DNA from: an uncultured bacterium
Lineage (GTDB): Bacteria; Hinthialibacterota; Hinthialibacteria; OLB16
Reading direction: 5' to 3'
Length of the DNA stretch: 64,000 nucleotides
Assembly: GCA_964481775.1 (NCBI GenBank)
Contig: CAYZUX010000003.1
Span: forward strand, 4,419 to 68,418
The position numbers and the translations under genes are program-made. Below the pieces are notes generated by a model. That model saw nothing but the letters and a program-made list of their open reading frames with translations, did not search any database and was not told the origin of the DNA. Numbering within the stretch: the first letter of the stretch is position 1; every line of letters begins with the position of its first letter. Positions 38,957 to 47,527 of the stretch are shown here, in pieces.

Positions 38957-39493
38957 TTACGCCGCCGCTTGTTCCAACTTCTCGCAATACGACTTCAACA
39001 ACCCAGCCAACTTGGTCGAGACACCATTGACACACCCCAGAATGTTCTGAGCGGGTGCCTGGATAGAACCGAGCATTTTCGCCAGAAGTTCCTCTCGTCC
39101 CGGAGTCTTGGATAGCGCATCCACCTGTGCTGCATTCATTACCTGGTTTTCCAGGATGCCTGCCTTAGGTTTGAGAAACGGATGGTCCTTGGCAAACTTC
39201 ATCAGCACCTTGGGACCGGTGATCCCCTCGCCACAATCGACTGTGACCGAGGTGGTTCCCACCAGGTGGGGTTTCGCTTTAGAGCGCAGTTCTTCCGGCA
39301 AGGCCAGCAGAATCAGGGTATTCTTGGCTACCACATATTCCAGCCCGGCATTACGGCATTCACGCCTGAGAGCATTCACCTCTTTCACTGACAAGCCCTT
39401 GTATTCACTGAATGTCAAAGATTTTGCCTTCGAGAATCTCTCAGTCAGATCCTTCAGTATTTCCGCTTTTCCCGTACGATCCAATCGACTCAC
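38957..39493 (-). CDS. rplJ: 50S ribosomal protein L10
   Basis: 178 aa immediately upstream of rplL; typical L10 sequence (…FSEYKGLSVKEVNALRR…). Confidence 0.9.
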   Translation of the reverse strand: MSRLDRTGKAEILKDLTERFSKAKSLTFSEYKGLSVKEVNALRRECRNAGLEYVVAKNTLILLALPEELRSKAKPHLVGTTSVTVDCGEGITGPKVLMKFAKDHPFLKPKAGILENQVMNAAQVDALSKTPGREELLAKMLGSIQAPAQNILGCVNGVSTKLAGLLKSYCEKLEQAAA

Positions 39494-39710
39494 CTCCCTT
39501 CAAAAAAAGTTTGTATCTTGAGGGGGATCCACCCCCTTTATCCACCGAAAAAAAAACCCGCTCTACCGAGCGGGCTTGGATGACAGTTGAATGACGGAGC
39601 GGAGAGGCTCCATTCAGTTTCTGTAATCTTGTGGCCCGGTCTCGGCTGGAGTTCTCTGGATTAAGCCCGAAGGCTCCTGCTGTCTATGACCGATGACAAC
39701 CTGACTGCAA
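39494..39710 (-). ncRNA. rplJ (L10) leader region with an intrinsic terminator/attenuator hairpin
   Basis: 217-nt untranslated spacer between rplA and rplJ. On the minus strand at 39548-39574, GCCCGCTCGGTAGAGCGGG is followed by U9 (a strong Rho-independent terminator). This is the position of the L10(L12)4-regulated leader in other bacteria. Confidence 0.5.
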
Positions 39711-40406
39711 CTAGGCCCGAATCTCTCCCGGATCCACGCGGACACTTGGTCCCATGGTGGTCGAGACATAGACCGACTTGATATAAGTTCCCTTGGCCGA
39801 GCTGGGACGTGCACGATTGAGCGCATCCGCCACGGCCTGGATGTTTTCGTGAAGGTTCTGAACGCTGAATGAAACCTTCCCGACAGGAGTGTGGATCACA
39901 CCTCCCTTGTCGACACGGTACTCGATACGTCCCGCCTTAAAGTCCTGGACAGCCTGAGCGACATTGGGGGTGACTGTACCGGTCTTGGGGTTGGGCATGA
40001 GACCACGCGGTCCGAGGATCTTTCCGAGTTTTCCAACCTCACGCATGACATTCGGGGTAGCAATGGCGACATCAAAGTCGGTCCACCCCTCTGTCGTAAT
40101 CCGTTTGACCAGGTCATCGAGACCGACATGGTCCGCGCCGGCATCCTGGGCCGCTTTGACATGATCACCATCCGCAAAAACCACCACCCGGACAACCTTG
40201 CCAGTCCCATGGGGAAGTGAAACCGTGCCACGCACCTGCTGGTCGGCATGGCGTGGATCCACTCCCAGGTTAACCGTGAATTCGACAGTCGCATCGAACT
40301 TCGCGGGCGAGGTTTCCTTGGCGAGAGTGATGGCGTCATCCAGGGAATACTGCTTGGTGCGGTCTACCTTGGCTTGCGCGGCTTTGAACTTCTTTCCGTG
40401 CTTCAC
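39711..40406 (-). CDS. rplA: 50S ribosomal protein L1
   Basis: 231 aa; ...[13 protein letters not shown]... and ...[14 protein letters not shown]... are L1 hallmarks. Confidence 0.9.
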   Translation of the reverse strand: MKHGKKFKAAQAKVDRTKQYSLDDAITLAKETSPAKFDATVEFTVNLGVDPRHADQQVRGTVSLPHGTGKVVRVVVFADGDHVKAAQDAGADHVGLDDLVKRITTEGWTDFDVAIATPNVMREVGKLGKILGPRGLMPNPKTGTVTPNVAQAVQDFKAGRIEYRVDKGGVIHTPVGKVSFSVQNLHENIQAVADALNRARPSSAKGTYIKSVYVSTTMGPSVRVDPGEIRA

Positions 40407-40457
40407 TCTCTCCCTCCTTTTTTTTTATAGAACTCTCCGCCAGGCAGAGAAGTAAAA

Positions 40458-40898
40458 CTACCCTTCGATGACCTCGAGGCCCATGCTGCGTGCGGTCCCA
40501 GCGATCATTTTGGTGGCCGCATCGAGATCCATGGCATTGAGATCCGGCATCTTCAACTTGGCGATCTCCTGAACCTGACTGCGGGTTACCTTGCCCACTT
40601 TATCCCTTTGGGGAACCGCCGAGCCTTTGGGGATTTTGGAGGCTTCCTTGAGGAGATAGGGAGCCGGTGGAGTCTTCGTGACAAAGGTCATGGTCCTGTC
40701 AGCGTAGACCGTGATTTCCACCGGGATGATGACCCCTTGCTGGTCCTTGGTCCGGTCATTGAATTGCTTGCAAAACTCCATGATGTTCACACCATGCTGG
40801 CCGAGGGCCGGACCCACAGGTGGAGCGGGTGTCGCTTTCCCGCCTACGCATTGGAGTTTGACAATCGCGACGACTTCTTTTCCTTTTTTCGGGGGCAT
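40458..40898 (-). CDS. rplK: 50S ribosomal protein L11
   Basis: 146 aa; ...[22 protein letters not shown]... is the L11 N-domain signature. Confidence 0.9.
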   Translation of the reverse strand: MPPKKGKEVVAIVKLQCVGGKATPAPPVGPALGQHGVNIMEFCKQFNDRTKDQQGVIIPVEITVYADRTMTFVTKTPPAPYLLKEASKIPKGSAVPQRDKVGKVTRSQVQEIAKLKMPDLNAMDLDAATKMIAGTARSMGLEVIEG

Positions 40899-40928
40899 CT
40901 TTCTTCTCCTGCAATCTTCTTAAGGGAA

Positions 40929-41468
40929 CTAAGCGGCAGTCTTTTCGACCTGGAGGAAATCCAGCTCGACCGGCGTGGCCCGTCCCAGCATTTCAATCAT
41001 CACGGTGAGGCGTCCCCTTTCGGGGTTGATCTGGGCCACAGTTCCGGCGAAGTTGAGGAACGGGCCATCGATTACCTTCACACGATCGCCCTTCTCAAAA
41101 CTGATCTTCGGACGTGGCGCCTCACCCGTCTGCTCCATCATCCCAAGGATGTTATTGATCTCGGCTTCGGTCAGTGGTGTGGGTGTTTTCCCCGGGCCAA
41201 CGAATCCGGAGACACCTGGGGTATCCTTGACCAAGGCCCATGTATCGTCAGTCAGCTCCATTTCAACCAGAACATAGCCGGGCATGATCTTACGGGTGGC
41301 TACACGCTTTTTGCCATCCTTAATCTCGGCTACTTCCTCAGTTGGGATGATAACCTGCTTGACATGCTCCTCCAGCTTCTGTTTCCGAACCGCATTTTCG
41401 ATCGATTCCTTCACACGGTTCTCGAAGCTGGCGTAGGTATGGACGGCGTACCACTTGTAATCGCTCAT
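40929..41468 (-). CDS. nusG: Transcription termination/antitermination factor NusG
   Basis: KWYAVHTYASFE... (NGN domain) and a C-terminal KOW motif (...GDRVKVIDGPFLNFAGTV...). Confidence 0.9.
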   Translation of the reverse strand: MSDYKWYAVHTYASFENRVKESIENAVRKQKLEEHVKQVIIPTEEVAEIKDGKKRVATRKIMPGYVLVEMELTDDTWALVKDTPGVSGFVGPGKTPTPLTEAEINNILGMMEQTGEAPRPKISFEKGDRVKVIDGPFLNFAGTVAQINPERGRLTVMIEMLGRATPVELDFLQVEKTAA

Positions 41469-41489
41469 GGGTGCTCGCTTTGGTTAGTC

Positions 41490-41735
41490 TCAGGTCAGGC
41501 GCTTCATCTGCTGATAGATCGCTGTTACCAAGGCCTGTGCGCCTCCCATGTAGATCGACATGATCACCATGACAACCAGAGTGACCAATGTTGAGTTCTT
41601 CACTTCTTCACGGTTCGGCCATGTAACCTTCTGAAGTTCCGCCAAAACCGAGATGATGAACTGCCCAAACCGGGACTCACGGATGATTTTGGCTTTTTTC
41701 AGATTGTCAATACAACGCTGTAGAAACTGTTCCAT
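41490..41735 (-). CDS. secE: Preprotein translocase subunit SecE
   Basis: 81 aa; ...AELQKVTWPNREEV..TLVTLVVMVIMSIYMG... is the conserved SecE TM region. It lies directly upstream of nusG. Confidence 0.8.
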   Translation of the reverse strand: MEQFLQRCIDNLKKAKIIRESRFGQFIISVLAELQKVTWPNREEVKNSTLVTLVVMVIMSIYMGGAQALVTAIYQQMKRLT

Positions 41736-41765
41736 TGGACCTTCTACCTGTCCTTCATTCAGGAG

Positions 41766-41842
41766 TGGCAGGCCAGGAGGGATTTGAACCCCCGACCCCC
41801 GCGTTTGGAGCGCGGTGCTCTACCGGGCTAAGCTACTGGCCT
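41766..41842 (-). tRNA. tRNA-Trp (anticodon CCA)
   Basis: On the minus strand: AGGCCAGTAGCTTAGCCCGGTAGAGCACCGCGCTCCAAACGCGGGGGTCGGGGGTTCAAATCCCTCCTGGCCTGCCA. It has a 7-bp acceptor stem, a GGTTCAAATCC T-arm, an anticodon loop CU-CCA-AA and an encoded CCA. The position between rpmG and secE is the conserved one. Confidence 0.9.
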
Positions 41843-41864
41843 ACAGGGTAAACAATGCCAACCT

Positions 41865-42017
41865 TTATCGGCTTTCACGATGCGCGAGATGCTTTTTGCA
41901 TCGTGGACAAAACTTACGGATTTCCAGCCGGTCCGGATGGATCCGCTTGTTCTTTGTGACCGTGTAGTTGCGGCTCTTGCACTCGCTACACGCCAGGATG
42001 ATGGTTTCCCTTGGCAT
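41865..42017 (-). CDS. rpmG: 50S ribosomal protein L33
   Basis: 50-aa [53 protein letters not shown] with the two CxxC zinc-ribbon pairs and the NYxTTKNKR motif of L33. It is absent from the ORF track because it is under 60 aa. Confidence 0.85.
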   Translation of the reverse strand: MPRETIILACSECKSRNYTVTKNKRIHPDRLEIRKFCPRCKKHLAHRESR

Positions 42018-42448
42018 TTCAATCAATCCATTCCTCATTCCGGATCACGTTAAAACCATCCGGAGACCATCCCATTCACTACTACCCAAAGGCAATAGCT
42101 ACCAAGAGCTACCTCATCCTAACCTTTCAAGATATAGAAGAGGAGTATGGATATGTCAAGGTGTCGGGCTGTTTGATCAGAAAGGGACTTCCTGAAAGCC
42201 TAATCTCACAATTGACTCGGAATCAGGCTTCGATAGCTCATTCATGGAGCAGTTTTCCCCTCCGCCCTCCCGCTGATCCACAATTGACACCTCTTTCCAC
42301 GGCACTCACACGGACCTCCATTCGTCATCTGTTCGTGCCAAGTATCGTGTCAACCATGTCCCTGAGGACTTGTCAATTATCTCCCCGGTCTATACAGGAG
42401 GATTGGGAGGGAAGAACTAACCGATAGAATCAAGATTCTCGACTCCCC

Positions 42449-44791
42449 TTATTTCGCTTCCCGGACTGTCCAACATCCAAAAATCCCACCCGCATAACCA
42501 GTCTTCCTGACAAAGGTCACTGTCACCTCCTCTTTGCCCTTGGTCAGCTCCTCTGAGATAGGGTACTCCACTGCAAAGAAACGTGTTCCACTCTCTCCCT
42601 CCAGCTTCACAGTGGTAAGAATCTGATCCTCGACCAGGATATCAAATTCCCTGCCCCGGTCCGCACCCCAATAGACACACCGGAGACTGGTGGGTTGAGT
42701 CGGATCCACATTCAGAGTCCAACTCCAACGTCCCTCGGCATGACGCCAATTACGGTTGAGGTGGCTACCGGTGACACTGTTCTCCACGACAAGACCATGC
42801 TCCTTCTCGGAAATCTCATTACCGACCAGAACAGCATCGACCACACGAGCGGGATCGGGTTTGAAGACTGTCTTTGCTTCCTCCGCCTTTTGATCCATCA
42901 GCTTCTGACGGTCAGACCCCTTGGGCACGACTGGCCAGTAGAGACCATACCGCTCGCTGATAACCTGGTAGAAGGGCTTGAATATGATCTTGCGCGGCTG
43001 ATCGCGGGTCTCAAAGGTCAGGGGCTTACCCTCCACAGGTTGGAGGAAGGAGGTGTCAGTGGGGGTATCAGACAGGAAGTAATAGGCTTCCTCCTCCCCA
43101 GGGAAACCGGTCTGGCTTGGATTGGGGTTGTCAGAGCGAAGCGTGGGCAGACCGGTCTCCAGAATACCCGCCAAGACGATGGGGCCATAGGCGAAAGCCA
43201 CCAGGTTGGGATCATCGGGCATCGGAACAGTCCTCAGGCGCATCGGCATTTCCATTTCGACCCTATCACCATCCTTCCAGAGACGCTCAATGCGAACAAA
43301 GGAAGACAGAGGAGTGCTTGTATCCAGAGGAGTCCCATTGACCTTCAGACGAACCCCCTGATCAGCCCAACAGGGAACCCGCAAACACAGGGCGAAGGTG
43401 GTGGGTTGGGCCACATGGACAGTCAGAGTTGTGCTGGGCTGCTCCGGGAAGGAGGTAACCTGTTCCAGACGGATGCCCTTCTCGGTCCAATCCAACTTGG
43501 ATGGAATGAAAAGGTTCACCAGGATTCCATTTTCATTATGGAAATAAATGCTGTCACCGAGTTTCGAATAAGTTTCGATGCCGGTTCCATAACAACACCA
43601 GAAAGAGGTTGTCGGAGTTCCATAAACTCGCTGAAAACCGGTCATCTGGGGGACGTAATACTCCAACATGCCGGTTTCGGGATCCTGGGTTCCGAGGATG
43701 CCATTCCAAAAGGCGCGCTCGTAGTAGTCCGCATACATGGGATCCCCGGTAGCGCACAGCAAGTGACGGGTCAGGCGCAGCATATTGTAGGTCTTACAGG
43801 TCTCATGGGTGGTGGTGGAGAGTTTTTGCGCCAACTGGTAAGGCTCCCCCCAGACCTCGGCATCCGTGGTACCGCCCGTGGCATAGGAACGTGCTCGCAT
43901 CACCCGGTCCCAGAAGAAGGATGAAAGGGAAAGGTAACGGCTCCTGCCAGTGAGTTCATACTCACGCATCGCCGCGACAACCAGAGGGATATGGGTATTC
44001 CCATGACGTTTGGCGAGGTTGTCCTCGCCGCGCGCCAGAGGATCCAGAAAGGAGCTCTTCTCGAATTTTTCAGCAAGAGCTTTGTGCCTGGGATCCTGGG
44101 TGACTGAGTAGAGGTTCCAAAAGGCTTCACAAACTCCACCCTCCTCGGTGTGATCGAGGATGTGGTTGAGCTCTTCATGGGTGAACTTTTCGGTGCGCCT
44201 ACTGAAGTAATCCGCCATTCCCTTAAGGACTTCGAGGGCCTGAGTGTTGCCGCAATACTGGTATTGGTCGAACAGGCCAGCCATGATCTTGTGATAGTTG
44301 TAGTAGGGTGCCCAGGGCAGGTTGGTCAATGATTCGAGCCGGTCGAGAAAAGAGTCGGGATATCCCGACAGGTACCCATTTCCATGGGCTGCCTGGCACT
44401 TGGCCATCTCACGGACCATCAAAGCCCCGCGTTCTTTAAAACGTTCATCCGAGGTGCTCGCATACATCAAGCCCAGAGCCGAGAGGTAGTGGCCGGTGAA
44501 ATGGCCACGCACCTCGATGGTGGGGCTTTCCCAGCCGCCAAGGGGTTCACCGGGGGCATCCAGACCGGCCTCGACCCGGAAATTACGCAGAAGCCTGTCC
44601 GGCTCAAGACTCAGGAGATACCGCTGATTCAACTCTTGGGCGGTCTTGAGAGGACCATCCAGAAGACGGACTTCCTCGAGGTCGAAGGGCTCATAGACCA
44701 TTATAGGGACCTCCTCCTGAGCATGGCAAATCACCGCTAACACTACGAAAAGGCTGGCGCATAAAAACCTGTCAATCCATCTTTCGATCAC
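42449..44791 (-). CDS. GH127-like (DUF1680, beta-L-arabinofuranosidase-type) secreted glycoside hydrolase
   Basis: About 780 aa with ...HFTGHYLSALGLMY... and Cys-rich ...ETCKTYNML...FWCCYGTG... segments like the HypBA1 family. The GTG start at 44791 is preceded by GAAGGGAG (7-nt spacer) and yields the signal peptide MIERWIDRFLCASLFVVLAVICHA. The track ORF start at 44923 would overlap the upstream gene by 98 nt. Confidence 0.55.
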   Translation of the reverse strand: MIERWIDRFLCASLFVVLAVICHAQEEVPIMVYEPFDLEEVRLLDGPLKTAQELNQRYLLSLEPDRLLRNFRVEAGLDAPGEPLGGWESPTIEVRGHFTGHYLSALGLMYASTSDERFKERGALMVREMAKCQAAHGNGYLSGYPDSFLDRLESLTNLPWAPYYNYHKIMAGLFDQYQYCGNTQALEVLKGMADYFSRRTEKFTHEELNHILDHTEEGGVCEAFWNLYSVTQDPRHKALAEKFEKSSFLDPLARGEDNLAKRHGNTHIPLVVAAMREYELTGRSRYLSLSSFFWDRVMRARSYATGGTTDAEVWGEPYQLAQKLSTTTHETCKTYNMLRLTRHLLCATGDPMYADYYERAFWNGILGTQDPETGMLEYYVPQMTGFQRVYGTPTTSFWCCYGTGIETYSKLGDSIYFHNENGILVNLFIPSKLDWTEKGIRLEQVTSFPEQPSTTLTVHVAQPTTFALCLRVPCWADQGVRLKVNGTPLDTSTPLSSFVRIERLWKDGDRVEMEMPMRLRTVPMPDDPNLVAFAYGPIVLAGILETGLPTLRSDNPNPSQTGFPGEEEAYYFLSDTPTDTSFLQPVEGKPLTFETRDQPRKIIFKPFYQVISERYGLYWPVVPKGSDRQKLMDQKAEEAKTVFKPDPARVVDAVLVGNEISEKEHGLVVENSVTGSHLNRNWRHAEGRWSWTLNVDPTQPTSLRCVYWGADRGREFDILVEDQILTTVKLEGESGTRFFAVEYPISEELTKGKEEVTVTFVRKTGYAGGIFGCWTVREAK

Positions 44792-44825
44792 AACAGGGCT
44801 CCCTTCGTTACATGATTCACCCCTG

Positions 44826-46397
44826 TCAAACGCCTGATACTGTGGCACTGGAACTCTCGAGCTCATCCCACTCCATTCCCAGTTTCCGTGCCGCAAAGCC
44901 CGCCTCCCTGAGCCAGTCGCCATACACCATCATCCAGTGGGAGTCGCGGATCTCCTTGATGAGCTTGCGCCAATTCCCCTGGATGATGACCTCCTGCTGG
45001 GAGCGGCAGATCTCCAGGAAGGGATTGCTTTCCACATTGCCCTTGAATCCAAGCCAGCGTCCAGTGGCATATTCCGGATCGATGAAGGTCACCTCCTGTC
45101 CTTTGGGCATCTCCACCTTGGGGGCCGCGCCATATTCGGACTCGTAGTGGGTCACAATCCGCGCGGGTTCATAACGTTCGCCATCCAAGCGCCTGGGGGA
45201 TGTGCAATGCGCGCAGGTGACCAGGCCCTTATGCGGGAAAGTCGAGTTGTGCATGAAAACCGGTCTGCCAGAGATGTAACGCAGGAGCATGCCAGCCGGG
45301 ATCACCACGAAGTCCGATTCACAGAAGGCCACATAACCTTCATCCATGAGCAGTTCCAGAGTCAGGCAGGCGGTGGTTTCAGCCATCGGCATGATGGTCC
45401 CCATGCAGGACTGGATGGTGAAGGAGCTGCAATCATTCTCCGCCATCAGGTCTTTGAAGAGCTGATAGAGCATGAAGGAGTTGCGGACAAAGGGAGTCTC
45501 GGTTTCCAAGGATGTGCCGGGCAGAGCAAGATAATCTCTGGTCCAGGCATCGCATTGGGTCATGAAATTGCTGTCCTGCAACATGCTCTTGACCCGTTTC
45601 TCGATATCGGCGTAGGGGACATCGAGGATCTCCATTCCAAACCTTTTACGCGCCAGGTCGGGAGCTTCAGGAGCGTATTTCCCCATCGGGCCACCCAAGG
45701 CCACAATCCTCGAGCCACGCAGGTTCCGCGCCCCATACAAGGCCCGCAGTTTCCACAGCAGTTCCGCTTGGTCATCCACGGCCACATCCTCAAGACAGGG
45801 ATCATAGGAGGGTTGATCGCCGGGAGGCGGAGGCCCAATTTGGAGGTACTTTGTGCTGAGGGCTTCGTACCAATAGTAGACTGGCCCCTTGTCATGGCGG
45901 ACATAAATAAGGGTCGGAGCCTTCCTGGAAAAACACGCACGGAGGAGGTTCCCCCCGCCTGTGGCTGGATACACGATGACTGTGTCATAGTCGATCCGGT
46001 GGATACCTTCCAGTTCTTCAGGGGCGCGTACTTTCCGGACTGGCAGGAACTCAAGTGTGATCCCTGGCGTTTTGGCAAGGATCTCCAGTTCCGAGGTGAT
46101 TCTTGCCACCTCTTCATTGGCGGCTTCCTCAGTCTGGATCCCCCCCCAGGACTTCCAGGAGGTCTGAAACTTCTTCTGAGGGGTGGCATACATCAGGATC
46201 GGCTGGACACGCAGAGGCTTCCCATGGTTGACAAAGACCTTATTCGGGTCCCAAGCCTCTATGGCAGTTCCTGCGAATGCTCCAGGTACAACTCCTCTCA
46301 GGAAAGGTAAACCGGCCGCAGCCAGGGCTCCTGTTGAAAGAGTCAGAAAGGTCCTTCGGTCGACACATCCACAGCACATGAGATTCTCCTTCCCCAT
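44826..46397 (-). CDS. Hypothetical exported protein with twin-arginine (Tat) signal
   Basis: N-terminus ...CVDRRTFLTLSTGALAAAGLPF has a Tat RR-x-FL motif. 523 aa, no recognised catalytic motif; possibly a sugar-isomerase-like fold. Confidence 0.45.
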   Translation of the reverse strand: MGKENLMCCGCVDRRTFLTLSTGALAAAGLPFLRGVVPGAFAGTAIEAWDPNKVFVNHGKPLRVQPILMYATPQKKFQTSWKSWGGIQTEEAANEEVARITSELEILAKTPGITLEFLPVRKVRAPEELEGIHRIDYDTVIVYPATGGGNLLRACFSRKAPTLIYVRHDKGPVYYWYEALSTKYLQIGPPPPGDQPSYDPCLEDVAVDDQAELLWKLRALYGARNLRGSRIVALGGPMGKYAPEAPDLARKRFGMEILDVPYADIEKRVKSMLQDSNFMTQCDAWTRDYLALPGTSLETETPFVRNSFMLYQLFKDLMAENDCSSFTIQSCMGTIMPMAETTACLTLELLMDEGYVAFCESDFVVIPAGMLLRYISGRPVFMHNSTFPHKGLVTCAHCTSPRRLDGERYEPARIVTHYESEYGAAPKVEMPKGQEVTFIDPEYATGRWLGFKGNVESNPFLEICRSQQEVIIQGNWRKLIKEIRDSHWMMVYGDWLREAGFAARKLGMEWDELESSSATVSGV

Positions 46398-46413
46398 GAG
46401 GATTCTGATTGAT

Positions 46414-46439
46414 TCAAAACTTCTCGAGAGAAGTTTTGA
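46414..46439. promoter_or_regulatory. Perfect palindrome (12-bp arms, 2-bp spacer) in a divergent promoter region; candidate operator
   Basis: TCAAAACTTCTC-GA-GAGAAGTTTTGA. It lies 17 bp upstream of the minus-strand start at 46397 and about 180 bp upstream of the plus-strand gene at 46619. Confidence 0.5.
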
Positions 46440-46618
46440 TCCTTATGGTGGTACGAGTATACCATAACTCATTCTATCCAAGGGAAGTCTGTTGGATGGT
46501 CTCCTGATAAGAAAGGTTTCCTTCTTTTGGGGGGATCTGCCATCATGGGAGCTCAGCGTGGACACAAAGCGGGATTCTGGTAGCCTTGCTCCATGTCATT
46601 CAAGGGGAGGAGTCTTTT

Positions 46619-47491
46619 ATGAATTGGAGCCGTTTCCCTTGTGTTCAGGTGTGGTTTTTGGGTGCCCTCTTTTTTGCTTTCACCAGCGGTGCGGAGCCCC
46701 CTTCGGTCATCCTGATCGATGGAGATATGACTGACTGGGAAGGGCTCCCTTCGTATTCCGATCCGGCCGGAGATAATTCCAAACCGGGCACCGATGTACT
46801 CGAATTCAAAGTGACTCATGATGAGGCGGCGCTGTACTACTACACGCGCCACTCAGGCCCGATCATTTCCGAGGATGCCGGGACAGGTGGTCAGGGACGG
46901 TTCTACTACCTTGTGTTTGTCGATCTCGATAACAATCCATCGACTGGATTCAATCCTGCCACCACCGATCCGGATTGTTACTCGCCTCTTTCACTCGGTT
47001 GTGATCTTGAATTCGAATTCGAAAGGGATTGGAACGATTCCTCCTCGGCTTACCAGGTACAGCATTTCTATGGATATGGAGGCCCGGGAACGCTTGCCCA
47101 GAACAGGCTCGACCTGAAACCGGGAGGTTTCCTGCGTTTCGGCCCGGCAGATTATGACAACAAGGCACAATTCAAGTTCCTTGGAGAAGTTATTCCGGAT
47201 GATGTGGTATTTACCGACGACATCAAAAGATCCGGCTACACACCGGGAGAGGATGTCTTCATGACCCAGGCCTTCTCCCCTGATATGACGCAATCCGAGA
47301 TCCGTGTTGATTTCCGTACAGCTCTCAAGGATCAACAGGGCAACCCTCATCTGGCGATTGGGAAAACGATCTCGCTTGGTTTTGCTTGCGAGAGTTCTCC
47401 CTGGGCGGATTGCGGGGATGGGATGGAGGCAGTCATAAACTATACACTGGATGGGCCATCAGAGGTGAGTTCCTGGATGCTTGTCCGATAA
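46619..47491 (+). CDS. Hypothetical secreted protein
   Basis: Start is chosen at MNWSRFPCVQVWFLGALFFAFTSGA (signal peptide); the track ORF begins at 46586. 290 aa, Asp/Gly-rich, no family recognised. Confidence 0.4.
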   Translation: MNWSRFPCVQVWFLGALFFAFTSGAEPPSVILIDGDMTDWEGLPSYSDPAGDNSKPGTDVLEFKVTHDEAALYYYTRHSGPIISEDAGTGGQGRFYYLVFVDLDNNPSTGFNPATTDPDCYSPLSLGCDLEFEFERDWNDSSSAYQVQHFYGYGGPGTLAQNRLDLKPGGFLRFGPADYDNKAQFKFLGEVIPDDVVFTDDIKRSGYTPGEDVFMTQAFSPDMTQSEIRVDFRTALKDQQGNPHLAIGKTISLGFACESSPWADCGDGMEAVINYTLDGPSEVSSWMLVR

Positions 47492-47527
47492 TGGAATACC
47501 TGTTGTTGAAAAAAACTGGAGTGGATC

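Noticed and set aside
42018-42448. Possible additional tRNA genes (Thr/Tyr/Gly, as in E. coli) upstream of rpmG
   Set aside because: No GGTTC(G/A)AATCC-type T-arm or cloverleaf could be found on either strand in the 430-bp spacer. It is more likely the promoter/leader of the rpmG-secE-nusG-rpl transcript.
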